From assembly GCF_006345805.1 (NCBI RefSeq), contig NC_042999.1, forward strand, positions 138,508,001 through 138,572,000: a stretch of 64,000 nucleotides of DNA. The letters are read 5' to 3'. A model generated the notes under the pieces. The model was not told where the DNA came from and did not search any database. It worked only from the letters and a program-made list of their open reading frames with translations. Shown here one piece after another: positions 37,665 to 49,862 of this stretch. This stretch comes from Octopus sinensis. Taxonomy: Eukaryota. The translations under genes and the position numbers were made by a program. Each line of letters begins with the position of its first letter. The stretch's first letter is position 1.

Positions 37665-37775
37665 AAAATACAAAAATGGGACAAGAACGCAAAACATCCA
37701 GACAGACGATACAAAGAAAACAAGGACGGGTCATTCGGAGTTTTGTATCCTCAGTCGAGTTCCAGATTATCTTCG
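37665..37775. mobile_element. Fragment of a dispersed repeat, probably a PLE pLTR
   Basis: Homologous to 59100-59390 (aaaatacaaaa.tgggaca...ggacgggtcattcg). Both abut (TA)n. Confidence 0.6.
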
Positions 37776-37802
37776 CGTCCCAGTGGCAACAGGATCAAGG
37801 AG

Positions 37803-37907
37803 GAAGAAGAAGAAGAAGAAGAAGAAGAAGAGAAGAAGAAAGAAGAAGAAGAAGAAGAAGAAGAAGAACAAGAAGAAGGAAGAAGAAGAAGAAGAGAGAG
37901 AAGAAGA

Positions 37908-37952
<45 letters not shown>
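37803..37952. repeat. (AAG)n-(TAG)n microsatellite
   Basis: Directly visible. Confidence 0.95.
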
Positions 37953-37953
<1 letters not shown>

Positions 37954-38192
37954 AACAACTATGATCATTGGCGCACTTAAAAGTATCAGTACTCAACTAC
38001 CAACATAGCTGGAAAAGACTGGTAAAAGTGTGAAAGTAGAACACCTACAAAAATCAGCGTTGTTTGGAACTGCAAGAATTCTTCGCGGTGTTCTTAAAAC
38101 ATGACCAGTAAACAAGTATCACCTTAGTCTAGTGGCTGAGGACAGCTGACACATTCCATTATATCCAGCAAAATAAACTGTGCTTTCACCAC
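37953..38192 (+). mobile_element. Dong/R4 LINE 3' end with (TAA)n tail
   Basis: MIIGALKSIS...VEHLQKSALFGTARILRGVLKT*, then UTR and (TAA)n. Confidence 0.8.
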
Positions 38193-38249
<57 letters not shown>

Positions 38250-38250
38250 G

Positions 38251-38287
<37 letters not shown>

Positions 38288-38311
38288 AATAAACGGAGAC
38301 TAACATAATTC

Positions 38312-38762
38312 ACTGGGATCTCTCATCCCAAACAGATCAGCTGCTAGAGTATAACAGACCCGACCTAGTGGCGGTGGACAAGGTGCACCACATATGCTGT
38401 ATAGTTGACGTTGCATGCCCCTTTGACCCACAAATAGTCAAGAAGGAAGGCGAAAAGATAGATAGAAAGATGCAAATACGAAATAGCCCGGCTATGGAAA
38501 ATGAAGGTGAAAATAGTGTCCATTATTGTTGGGTCCTTGGGGACAGTATCAGCATGCATCAAGGGGAATATAAAGGAAATTGGAATAGAGTGTCCAGTAG
38601 AACTGTTATAAAAGGTTTGCCCCTTGGCACGGTCAGAATAAGCAGGAAAGTATTAGATAGCTGAGAAAAACGAATAACATGGTACCGTAGGCTGCAGGTA
38701 GTAAGCTCGCTACGCATGCAAGACTCCAAGTGTTCCAACAAAACCTGTGATAAAGAGAAAAT
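38312..38762 (+). mobile_element. Dong/R4 LINE 3' end (different subfamily)
   Basis: NRPDLVAVDKVHHICCIVDVACPFD...KEGEKID and IVSIIVGSLGTVS...LGTVRISRKVLDS*; ends at taataa. Confidence 0.85.
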
Positions 38763-38768
38763 AATAAC

Positions 38769-38936
38769 AACAAGAGCACTCAGAGAGCGCAGACCTCCGC
38801 CAAGGCAACACCAACGCTTTCTCGACGATTAGTTGGAGATGACTTTTAAAATGAGAATATTTGAAATAAACTGGACTGCTCTCACAAACGAGAATACTAA
38901 AAATGAACCCGACCTCTCTCAAAGGGAAAGTTAGTC

Positions 38937-38975
<39 letters not shown>

Positions 38976-39470
38976 GTTGAGAGGTGAAGGGAGAGGAGAT
39001 GAAATATTAATACAGTGAAGGAGAAGTAGTGAGAGTAATAGCCACGACTGAGAGGGAGTGAAAGAAAGTAATGACAATAAGAAAGACGAAACGAAGTGGG
39101 AAAGAGAGCGTCGTATGAATGACAAAGGAAGGGGTGATAGATGAGTACCGAAGGAATAAGTGAAAAAAGCCGATAAATGGTGTTTGAAATGTGAGTATAT
39201 GTGTGTATGTGTGTGCGTGTACAAGAGAACTATGTGAAACTTTGCATATACATATAAAGTAAAGAAAATATTAAAAAATAATCTAGAATCCTTGTCCGGT
39301 ACCAGATCGATCCCAAAATCTAATCAGTTCGTGCTAGTTACGAGGCCAAACATCCCTGAAAGTTTCATCCGAATCCATCCAGCGGTTCTTGAGATATCTT
39401 GTCCACGGACAAACAAACAAACAAACACGACAGAAAATAATACCTCTGCCTTTGCTAAGGTGGTGGTAAT
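38769..39470. mobile_element. Helentron-associated (HINE/DINE-1-like) non-autonomous element
   Basis: Left end aacaagagcactcagagagcgcagacctccgccaagg; right end hairpin tacctctgcctt(tgct)aaggtggtggta related to the left subterminal motif; internal microsatellites. Confidence 0.6.
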
Positions 39471-39804
39471 AATAATAATGATGATGATGATGATGATGAT
39501 GACAAATGGATCTTTATTAGCTTCGACGATAAGCATCCTTTTGTTCGACTATTTGAACTGCCCACCCAATGACTTATTGTGTGACCTGTGTGTTCGATAG
39601 TCACGTGTCCTTTTAAGTAATTCTCTGAAGAATCTACGTGACAGTATTGGATAAAACATGGACTTTTAACTGTGGGTACAATGTTCCCTTCTAGTGTTCG
39701 ATCAACAAAACTACCCACTTGCTTAATGATGATGCAAGTGGGCAAGCGTTTCGTTCACACTTCTGTCCTCAGTGTAATACTCTCAGCATCACACTCTGAC
39801 CGTC

Positions 39805-40120
39805 CTGTGAAGGTGCGTGGCTTAATGGTTAGGGCAGTCGGCTCATGGTCGTGAATTCGATTCCAGGCGGCACATTGTACTCTTGGGCAAGACATTTTAT
39901 TTTTCTCTTCTCCAGTCTACTCAGCTCGCAAAAATGAGTTATACTTGTAATTCAAAGGGGCAGCTTTGTCACACTCTGTGCCACCCTGTATCTCCTTGAG
40001 AACTACGTCAAATGTACGCGTGTCTGTGGAACTCTCAGACACTCGCATGTTAATTTCAGATGCAGGTTGTTAGGTTGATCGAATCAACAGGAAGACTTGC
40101 CTTCGAAACCGACGTAGAGT
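39805..40120 (+). mobile_element. CORE-like SINE, older copy of the 27081 family
   Basis: gtgaaggtgcgtggcttaatggttagggcagtcggctcatgg... Confidence 0.85.
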
Positions 40121-40624
40121 CAGGCAACGTAGTGACAATCCTGTTATTCGGCGTCGGTTCGTACATCTCCTGTCTACCTAGTTTCACTCATTGGGCTTAT
40201 GTCAGCATGAAACAGTGATAAAAGATATTCTGTTCAAATGTTAGGTAGTGTCATCGAATCCGTAACTTCGTTATTGCAAAGCGAACTTCGTGACCCATCA
40301 GATATATTCCAATAATGTGCTCTGTTCTGCTATAGTATACGACCTCGCAAACAAGAACTGTTCTTGTGCTTTATCAGAAACGAATGGCCCACCCCACCTA
40401 CAAATGACTAAATAAATTAGTTAAATATAAAATGGAAAGGATAGGAGACCGGATGATTTTAGCACAATGTGCAACAAGATGATGTACAATGCATTGACTA
40501 ATTTGACTTAAATTGCAGTTTTTACCTCTTTTTTCAAAGAGAGCATTCAGCTACATTAACCAACGCACACACACACGTGTGTATGTGTGCGTGTGCGTTT
40601 GTGTACGTGTGTGTGTGTGGCCTC

Positions 40625-40656
<32 letters not shown>

Positions 40657-41264
40657 CGAGCGCACACACAGAAAGGGAAGCTTGTTGGTTTTCATGAGAA
40701 TAAGATGCTGTACTGCTTAAAGTCATCATTAGTGGATTCAAACATGCGGAAGAAAAATGTCATAAAAGAGGGGGAAAAAAAGAAAAATAATAATAATAAT
40801 AATGAAGAAAATTAGACACATTCCCCACCCACCAAAAAAAAGGATGAGAAACAAAAAGAGAATACAAGAGAGAAGAGGAGAGATACAGATAGGGAGAGAA
40901 AGAGAGAGAGAGAGAGAGGAAATGGTACAAATTACGTAAGCTAAGTAGTGCAGCAGGAAGGGAGAGATTGTGGTGCTGTTAGTGATGGGGGTGTTTGTGG
41001 TGACTGGGGGGGGGGGGGTAGCGGTGGCGGCGTCGGTGTCGGTGGTGGTGGTGGTGATGGTAGAGAATATTGTAGTGGTATTGGTGTAAGTACATGTAGT
41101 GTCGGTGTTAAAATGATGTTAGTGTTATTTATGGTGTTCGTAGCGATGGCGGCGGCGGTGGTTGTGTCGCTGGAAGTGGTACTGGTGGTTGGAATGGTAA
41201 TGGTGGTGATAGTGGTGGTGATGGTAATGGAGGTGTTGGTAGTGGTGGTGGTGGTGATGTTGTG

Positions 41265-41450
41265 AGTTTAAATTCCGCCGAGGTCGACTTTGCCTTTCAT
41301 CCTTTCGGGGTCGTTTGCCTTTCATCCTTTCGGGGTCGATTAAATAAGTACCAGTTACGCACTGGGGTTGATGTAATCGACTTAATCTGTTTGTCTGTCC
41401 TTGTTTGTCCCCTCTGTGTTTAGCCCCTTGTGGGTAGTAAAGAAATAGGT
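41265..41450 (+). mobile_element. Nin/Deu-domain SINE with an internal 25-bp duplication
   Basis: tttgcctttcatcctttcggggtcg occurs twice; tail nearly identical to 42010-42220. Confidence 0.88.
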
Positions 41451-41478
41451 TGTGATGGTGATGGTAATGGTGTTGTTG

Positions 41479-41510
<32 letters not shown>

Positions 41511-42009
41511 GGTGATGCTGGTTGTGGAGCTGGTGGTGGTGGTGGTGGTCAAAATGGCATTTGTGTTGCTAGAAAAGGTACTACTGCTACGGAAGGTGGA
41601 GAGGATGCTTTAATAAGCATGGAAGCGGTGTGAGTTTTTAGCCCCTGGTGAGTTCTGATACAGAAAATCAAGGATCAACGATCAAAAGCGTTCCAGCTGT
41701 GATTGTCCTTTTTGTGGGGAGTATGGTGGGTGGGGGGAAAGGGATACAAGTCGAAGAGGGAGTCCCTACGTGGTTGTTTAATCTGTTAAAGATAGCAGCC
41801 AACTCTTTCACACCTCACGTACAAGTAACTATTTTGTTGTGGTGGTGGATGGTAGGGTGGATGAAGGTTTGGTGTAGTAGTAGTAGTAGTAGTAGCAGCA
41901 GCAGCAACAGTAGCAGTGATGGTGTTAGTGGGGTTGATGTACAGCAGTTGTTGGTTACGTTACGGCGGTGTGCTACGAAAGTGATTGTATTGTGTTATTT
42001 GGCAGAAAC

Positions 42010-42220
42010 GGTGGCACGTCGGGCGAAATGCGTAGCCGTATTTCGTCTGCAGTTTCGTTCTGAGTTCAAATTCCGCCGAGGTCGACTTTGCCTTTCATCC
42101 TTTCGGGGTCGATAAATTAAGTACCAGTTACGCACTGGGGTCGATATAATCGACTTAATCCGTTTGTATGTCCTTGTTTGTCCCCTCTGTGTTTAGCCCC
42201 TTGTGGGTAGTAAAGAAATA
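42010..42220 (+). mobile_element. Nin/Deu-domain SINE
   Basis: Head gcacgtcgggcgaaatgcgtagccg, Nin motif, tail gccccttgtgggtagtaaagaaata. Confidence 0.9.
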
Positions 42221-42409
42221 TATATATTGTATAAGTGTGTGTGTGTGTGTAAAGTGCAACATGCAACCAAAATCAGGCTCAGTGAAATGCATGGTTGCAC
42301 ACTGCCTTAACTTGTTACGTAATTATTTCGCCATTTTAGCATTTTGCTGAAACGCGTGTGTCCTATAAAGCCTTGAATCCCACACCTGTTTTCTGCACAT
42401 TATTTTTTC

Positions 42410-42440
<31 letters not shown>

Positions 42441-42810
42441 CGAGGGTGGCTGACCAAGATACTCTCATATGACCAAATGAAGTATATTCTTCTAGATTGT
42501 CCCCCTTGCGGTCTGCATACTTCTTCCATCGGTGTTGGGATCCTAAGCTTCCATCCTGTTGGTCAAAAAATGTCATCAACAGCAGATATTACGTCATCAT
42601 CACGTCGATCCTGGTTCTCAGCCGAATGTTTTGTTTTTTTTCATGATGGGGAATAGATGATAGTCAGATGGAACCAAATCAGAAGTATAGAGAGGATGGT
42701 CATCCAGTTCAAAGCCAGAATAACGTACAGTAGCCATTGAAACCAAAGACTTGCGTACTGGAGCATTGTCCTGATGAAACAAGAACTCTTTCGTCGGTTT
42801 TCCTGTCGGT
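42441..42810 (-). mobile_element. Mariner transposase C-terminal remnant with one TIR at TA
   Basis: Minus translation FLFHQDNAPVRKSLVSMA...GFELDDHPLYTSDLVPSDYHLFPIMKK (mariner HQDNA and YSPDLAP.DY motifs); TA|cgaggg terminus. Confidence 0.88.
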
Positions 42811-43145
42811 ATTAAAATCTGTCATTTAAAAAACACATCTTTGTACAGTTAGAATATGGTTTCAAAATAACCTAGATGTTAGAAAATAATTCTTTAACTA
42901 TTTCATTGAATTGAATATATTTGAATACATAACCCAATATATTTGAAATGTATTGAAAACAATATGAAAATTAATAATCCGATATATAGAGCAAAAATCA
43001 AACTGAATACTTTAGAAATATAAGAAAATTTAAATTGAGGCGATGAAAGAATCGCATCCTGTCTTTCAAGGTATTTGAAACAACGTACTAACTTTTCGAA
43101 GGTAACATTTTTAACGTGAAATTGTAATCAAGATATCATTCCAAA

Positions 43146-43305
<160 letters not shown>

Positions 43306-43419
43306 TGACGAATAGCTTCCTAGATTCATACACTAGATTCGAAACCGAGCCGAGGTTTTTCTACAAGCCCTTTCCTATTGTTCTCAGCTTCTACACACAG
43401 AAACTTACGAGAGTCAAAC

Positions 43420-44340
43420 ACAAGTGAGAGTGTCAAAGCTATCACCATCAAATACAAAAATCCATCAAGCTTTGTGAAAAGCACAGACGGTGCAACTAAA
43501 GAATTTCCAACGATAGGAACCCTTCAGAGAGGCACCCTAGCACTTTTTTCTTTGTGCTTTTAGTGGACTTAAGTAAAGTCTTGACTGCATCCAAAACAAA
43601 TAACTCACTATCAAGTAGAAACAATTAAGACTTCAGCAGAGGGCTTATCTCTCCAACCTTGATTATACTGATGATCTCACCTTCACATCTCTACAGTATA
43701 ATGCGCAAGATTTATTAACACCATCTGAGAATATTGCAGCTAGAATCGGTTTGTTTCTCAATACAGAGACTTGTTACTTGGTCATCAATGAAGATGAATA
43801 AAAGCCACATGACAATTTGGTTCAACAATGGCACACAACTCAAGACGGTCAAGAACTTTACCTTAGGTCTTACATAGCTTACAATAAGATTTCCTTACAG
43901 TTAAGAGACAAGTCTAGAGTGTCTGTAAGTAGCTTCAAAATATCTGGCAATCAAATATATCAAAGTTAATAAGGTTTTCTTTCTTCATGGCATATGTAGA
44001 GGGGTTTCTTAATGGATCTTAAACGAAGGAGTTTAAAAATCGCCTTGATGGTATTTATTTCTCATGAATGTTCAAAACATCTTATAGATATTTATGAGCA
44101 CATCCCGTCTATCTCTGTTATTGCTCAGTTCAGGGTAGGCCTTGCTGGCCACTGCTATCGTGTTGAATAACAGACCATATCGAATATTATATTTTGGATA
44201 GTCCCGCACCCTAATAGAGGGAGATTACTCAATTACACTGATTTTATGGGTAGAGACACCCGAAACTGAAGATCCACCAAAGCTAACGGAGTAGCAGAAG
44301 TTCCTGGCGCAGTATTGGGAGACGCATCTCGGTTGCAGCC
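43420..44340 (+). mobile_element. Degenerate RTE-clade LINE (RT and C-terminus)
   Basis: YKNPSSFVKSTDGATKEF...GTLQRGTLA (QGD motif), LDYTDDL (YADD motif), LGSYIA, GLAGHCYR. Confidence 0.75.
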
Positions 44341-46052
44341 GCTTGAAAGATATTTTCATGATTTTATTTATTATCGTAGCTGTTTCTTATTCCGTTTTTT
44401 TTTTAATAACTATATTAATAGTTATCGCTAAGCTAACATGGTAGTCCAGAAAAATAGGACAAATTTCTATTTTTATAACTATTTTTCCATTTCGTTATCT
44501 TTCATAATTTTAATTATTCTTCTGTACCAAACCAAAAGCGATCTTATTATTGTTATTTTGTCTATAAATCGTTATCAAAATAATATATTTCTTTATCTGA
44601 AGATCCAAGACATCAAATTTGGTAAGAAAATGTGAAATGTTGGCTCCATATACATCTGTACATTTAAATACAAGTCGTCTCCGTGTGTCTGCATTTTATT
44701 CAGAAACTACAAAACGAACATCCACAAAATCGTATATATTATTATTTGCCATTTCACTTTGGGAGTTTGCATAACATAAAGTAGTATCAATATGTTTGAA
44801 TTTAGTTGAATGAACAAGGTGACATTGCTTTACAACAAAGAAGTGGACATTGGGAACGAAGTTTTGAAACTCAAATGACCTATGACTCACTCCGATACTC
44901 TCTCATTTAGAACAGCTAAGACAGATACCATTTTTCAGTTATGGCAAATCAACACAGGAACAATTCAAGACAGTGATCGATCAATCAGTTGCAAAGACTT
45001 CTATCATTCCACGAAATCAGATTAGCTTAATCCTGCTCGCTCTGTAATTCAGACAAAGCTAATCAGTTGATGACGAACATGCTACGACAGGAGGATTTAA
45101 CTTCATATGAAGAAATCAAGTCAAGGGCAAACGTCTATATTTTCAAAATGTCATCAGTTCTGATGTTGACCAATACTGACCTATCACTCATACTGTCAAG
45201 CTTCTCAGGACCCCATCACATGCATTAACACACTCAAGATGTAATGGCTTCTCAGAAAGCTTAATTGGACAGGTCTTATAGTCATAACTCAAAATGAATG
45301 ATGTTCCAAATCAGACCCCTCCCCATCACCACACGTAGAGTATCCATGACTACATAATCTAATATGTTCTCCATTTATGTGAAGACGGTAAAGAACATTT
45401 GGTTGCTATTTCTAGTAGATCTAGTGGCTGCATTGGTTCTCTTTTTAGAGTAAGTGCTTTGTGGTGGATTTTAAATGACAAGTTTGAATGTTAAAGAGTT
45501 AAGGTAAAAGGTTGTAATCATAGACATAAAGTTTTTAGTCTAGCCCTTTACAGCTCTGATACTGCAACTACCTTAATTTCTTTGCTGGGCATGAAGACTA
45601 TTTTCCAAATGGAGAAGAATTCTTTTCTGAGTAAACAGTACAATGTCTGTTTCAACAAGATACTTATTAACTATTCTCATATACTAGGAACCTTATATAA
45701 TCCACTCTGCCACAGCTTAAGAGAGTTCACACTTTTCACTAACAATGGCATCTTCTTATACTAGAGAAAATAAAAACAGAAACAATTCTTTTTTTTTTAC
45801 ACCGTAAAGCCACTTACTAAATATGTATTGTCTTAAGGAATTAACAAAAGTTAGGTACAGATGAAGCCAACACGCAGTAGTTTATCAAACTAATAGTCTT
45901 TATGACAATGGATATTTCCTTTCACAAGGTGCATTTATTTCCACAAGATGGACCAGATTAATCCTGTTATGCTTTTTGAGTCTATAAAGATATTAAATTA
46001 GAAGTGATAATACTTATAATAAAGATTTCTAACATAGGTACAACATAAATGT

Positions 46053-46280
46053 TTAACCCTTTCATTACCAACCCGGCTGAAACCGGCTCTGGCCCTGAGT
46101 ACAAATGTCTTGTTTTCATAAATTTTGAATTAAAATCTTCCACCAAACCTTAGTCCCAATTTATGTTCCTAACATTAGCTGAATGATAAGTAAGTTATTT
46201 TACTAAATTCTTTGTTATATTTAAAGTAATTGAAAGAAACACAAAGCATCTCAAATTAAATACAATAACAAAAGGGTTAA
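46053..46280. mobile_element. piggyBac-like MITE inserted into a Nin-domain SINE
   Basis: TTAA-ccctttcatta...taacaaaaggg-TTAA; SINE pieces on both sides. Confidence 0.8.
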
Positions 46281-48126
46281 GGAAGGTATAGTCAAATTTA
46301 TCAACCCCAAAATGATGAAAAGCTATTTCAGCTCTTGTGAAATTGGAACACAGACCATGAAGATGTAATCTTATACCACAAAGTATTTTGCTTGATACTC
46401 TACCAATTCTGCCAAGTTATTAACTTTCATGATTATAACAATTAGTCAACAACTTAATCAAATTAATGACTTTATCTTAGATACATTCCTATTTTTTGTA
46501 ATAACAAAGAAAATATTCTAGGTTACCATGATCACAGTATATGGTTGGCACTATTTTTCACCCTTCCCTAAGATTTGACAAATATGTCAACCATGTTAAT
46601 AACTGAGAGAAACCAACCATGACATTATAAGATTAGTTAAGCTATTTTTCTTCTTGTACCAACAGCTTCATCATTAGTGTTTCTTACAACAGTCTGATGT
46701 TGGGGATGTTAAGATAAATATTTATTTATCCTATATCCTAACGAAATAAAGAGAACAAAATAATGATTTTTTATTTACTAATCCCATACACTTGGAGACA
46801 GATTTCATTTATCTGACTGAGGAGAGTAATAAGTAAAAAAAAAAAAAAAAGACTTTTGATAGATAACTACATTCCAATTAAAGTATGAATATTAATTTAT
46901 CCCATGCACTAGGGTAATAGAGATCTTTAATAAAAGATGAATATTTACTCTGTTCATTACAATAGTGACATTTCCTGGGTAATCATAGTTACTGCTTTCA
47001 GGGAAGTAATTGTAGTTGTGGTATTCATGCATTTCTCAGCACATTAACAAGTAACATGAAATGAAATAAAGGGATAACAACAATCTAAACCAGGTTGCTA
47101 ATTCAATTCACATGAATCATATATCATCTGCTCTATGACACTTGCAGAACATTTTAAAACAACAGGGGTTATTGTATATTTATCACATAACCAGAGATTT
47201 CAATCTGGAATTGATGCTTATTTGCAGACAGTTCACCAAGTTCCTAGGGCTGTCTTGATACTTGCCAATAATAAGAATAATGATTTCTTGTACAAGCATA
47301 AAGCCACAAGTTTATAGGAGAGAATTATATTAATTGAACTGACCCTAGTATATGATTAGTACATGCTAATTAAAAGCAAAGTCAACTCTAGAGGGATTGA
47401 TTAATTCAGAATGCAGAGACCATCACCATCAGTCAACATCCACTTTTAGTATGTTTTTATGAGTCAGATGGAATTTGCTATGGCAGATCTTGTGGTTGGA
47501 TGCCCTTCCTGTCACCAACCCTCATCTGTTTACAGGCAAGGTAATATTTCCACATGATCAGACAAGTTCATCAAGGAAGATTGGAAACGAACAACATCGC
47601 TTGTATGACAGTGATGTACGTTTACAACCATCACAGAAGTCAAGACAAGGGTACACACAAACATATACACACACACACATTTAGTAGGTAGAAACTGAAA
47701 AGCCCATCATATATTTCTATATATACACATACACACACACGATAAGCTTCTTTCAGTTTCCATCTGCTAAATCCACTTACAATGCTTTGGTTGGCCCAAG
47801 ATGCCATGCAGTGAAATTGAACCAAAGACCATTGGTTGGGAGTAAGCTCTTCAACCACACACCCATGCCTGATCCTTTGTGAAACAAAACTAAATACCAG
47901 ATATTTAGTCTGATGGCAACCACAACAGTGACTACTGCATTCTGCTTCTGAACAACAAATTTAACTTTGAATTCTTCCTTTAAGACGTTGGTGATTTAAA
48001 TGTAGCAATCAGATATAGCCATGAATAAGAACAACAGTACATAGGACATGAAAGTAATAATGGTGATTCCATACACTGGCACAAGGCCAGCAATAGAAGT
48101 TCAAATTACTCCAGCATACTACAGTA

Positions 48127-48340
48127 TCATCATCATCATCGTTTAACATCCGTTTTCCATGCTAGCATGGGTTGGATGGTTCAACCGGGGTCTGGGAAGC
48201 CAGGAGGCTGCACCAGGCTCCAGTCTGATCTGGCAGTGTTTCTACAGCTGGATGCCCTTCCTAACACCAACCACTCCATGGATGTTGTGGGTGCTTTTTA
48301 CGTGCCACCGGCACAGGAGCCAGGGTAGGCTGGCAAACAT
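48127..48340 (-). mobile_element. RTE-related 3' UTR/SINE with a (GAT)n tail
   Basis: ggatgcccttcctaacaccaacc motif, related to 49690-49860 (opposite orientation), 47440-47640, 56450-56620 and 58750-58930. Confidence 0.7.
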
Positions 48341-48689
48341 ATTTGATCAAATTTGAAAAACAGAAAGCAAAGTTGATCAAGACTAAAACTGAACTATAAA
48401 CAGTGATGAGATTAAATATCAATTCTATAACTCCATTACTATTTTAAGAGTCTTGATGGAAGATATAATGCACTACAGTTCATGAATCAGCTCTTGAAAT
48501 TTTAGGTAGGAGTAGCAGGTCAATTACATCAATCCCAGTACTTCAGTGGTGCTTTATCAAACCTGAAAGGATGAGGGGTAAAGTTAACCTTGGTGAGATT
48601 TGAACTCAGAATGTAAAGAGGTGTAATACCATGAGGTATTTTGTAAGACACTAACAATTTTCTGGTCATATGTCTGTAGCACTGGAGCT

Positions 48690-49200
48690 GTGACCTCTGA
48701 ATGTGAATTGGTAGTGACTTTGACCTACAGACACTCCCTAATCTCTGAGCTATACATCCTGTTGAATAACACTACTCCAGAGATCTTTTGCAGGAACCCC
48801 ATTTTGGCTGCTTGTATTTTGTACATCTTAGGTCATTACCTAACATTCATGACCAAAGGTGAGGATAGGTATGAAAACTGATTTGAAGATAACAAAATTG
48901 GTAGCTTTTTACCAACCTCTCCTCTTCTGATGGTTGAATGCCGGAGCAAACATGTTACTGTGCCACCACCTGTGATTCTAGCAACCAATTCAACCTCCTG
49001 TGTTCCATCACTTGTGCACATGGCCCCCAAGATACTTACACTTTCCCACTTGTCTCAGTGATGCCCTACTAACATACAGAGTGTACTGGGAAGACTTTCT
49101 TGAGAGGACTGATGTCTCAGTCTTTGCAATAAGATGGTTGGATAATCCTGCTGGAAAGATGGTTGCTTCTGATAGACACCTCTTCCATAGGGTCCTGAGG
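48690..49200 (-). mobile_element. RTE (Rex3/Expander-like) LINE remnant
   Basis: KYLG/AMCTSDGTQEVELVARI, IFKSVFIPILTFGHEC*VMT, IQAAKMGFLQKISG. Confidence 0.8.
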
Positions 49201-49430
49201 ACTTAACCCCCATGACACTCTCAGGAACAGAGGGTTGAGAAAATGGATAAGTGGACTAACAGTTGTACCAATCCACTACCCTTCAATGCTAGTAATAATA
49301 ATTTCTCATATTTGGCAAAAAAAAAACATGTAAAGTTGATTTGGTCACAATATAGTATGTGCTTATTTAATCAAAACAAGATGAATGAAAGTTAAAATTT
49401 ACTCCACTGTTTTAAAACTAATAATTTCTA

Positions 49431-49862
49431 ATGTGCTGGTTTGGTCATGTGATGCATATAGACAAGGACAACTGCATAAAGCAGTGCAAAGCTCTAATTG
49501 TGGAGGGTACTTGTGGAAGGGGTAGACCCAGGAAGACATGGGATGAAGTGGTGAGAAAGGATCTTCAGACACTGGGCCTCATTGAAGAAATGACAAGGGA
49601 CTGGGAGATGTGGTGATTTGTACTTGATAGGACACATCAAGCTAAGTAAAATCACTGTCTTCCACATGTACAGGCTTATCCTTTCAGGTGCCAGTGCCAC
49701 TTAAAAAGCACATGTGCCACTGGCACATAAAAACACCCAGCACACTCTGTTATGTGGTTGGCATCAGGAAGTGTATCCAGCCATAGAAACCATGCCACAG
49801 CAGACAGTTGGAGTCTGGACAGCTCCCGGCAAGCCACTTCCATATCAAACCCATTGCTGATG
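49431..49862 (+). mobile_element. RTE (BovB-like) LINE 3' end and 3' UTR
   Basis: WFGHVMHIDKDNCIKQC..LIVEGTCGRGRPRKTWDEVVRKDL...MTRDWEMW. Confidence 0.88.

Noticed and set aside
37720-37760. Hammerhead in the 37665/59100 repeat (minus strand CTGAGGA...CGAA)
   Set aside because: GAA is followed by U rather than A, and stems II/III cannot be drawn convincingly in either copy.
37676-37996. Poly-Glu/Lys/Arg ORFs
   Set aside because: Translations of the (AAG)n/(TAG)n microsatellite.
40948-42115. Gly/Val-rich ORFs of 105-155 aa
   Set aside because: Made of (GGT)n/(TAG)n tracts and SINE sequence.
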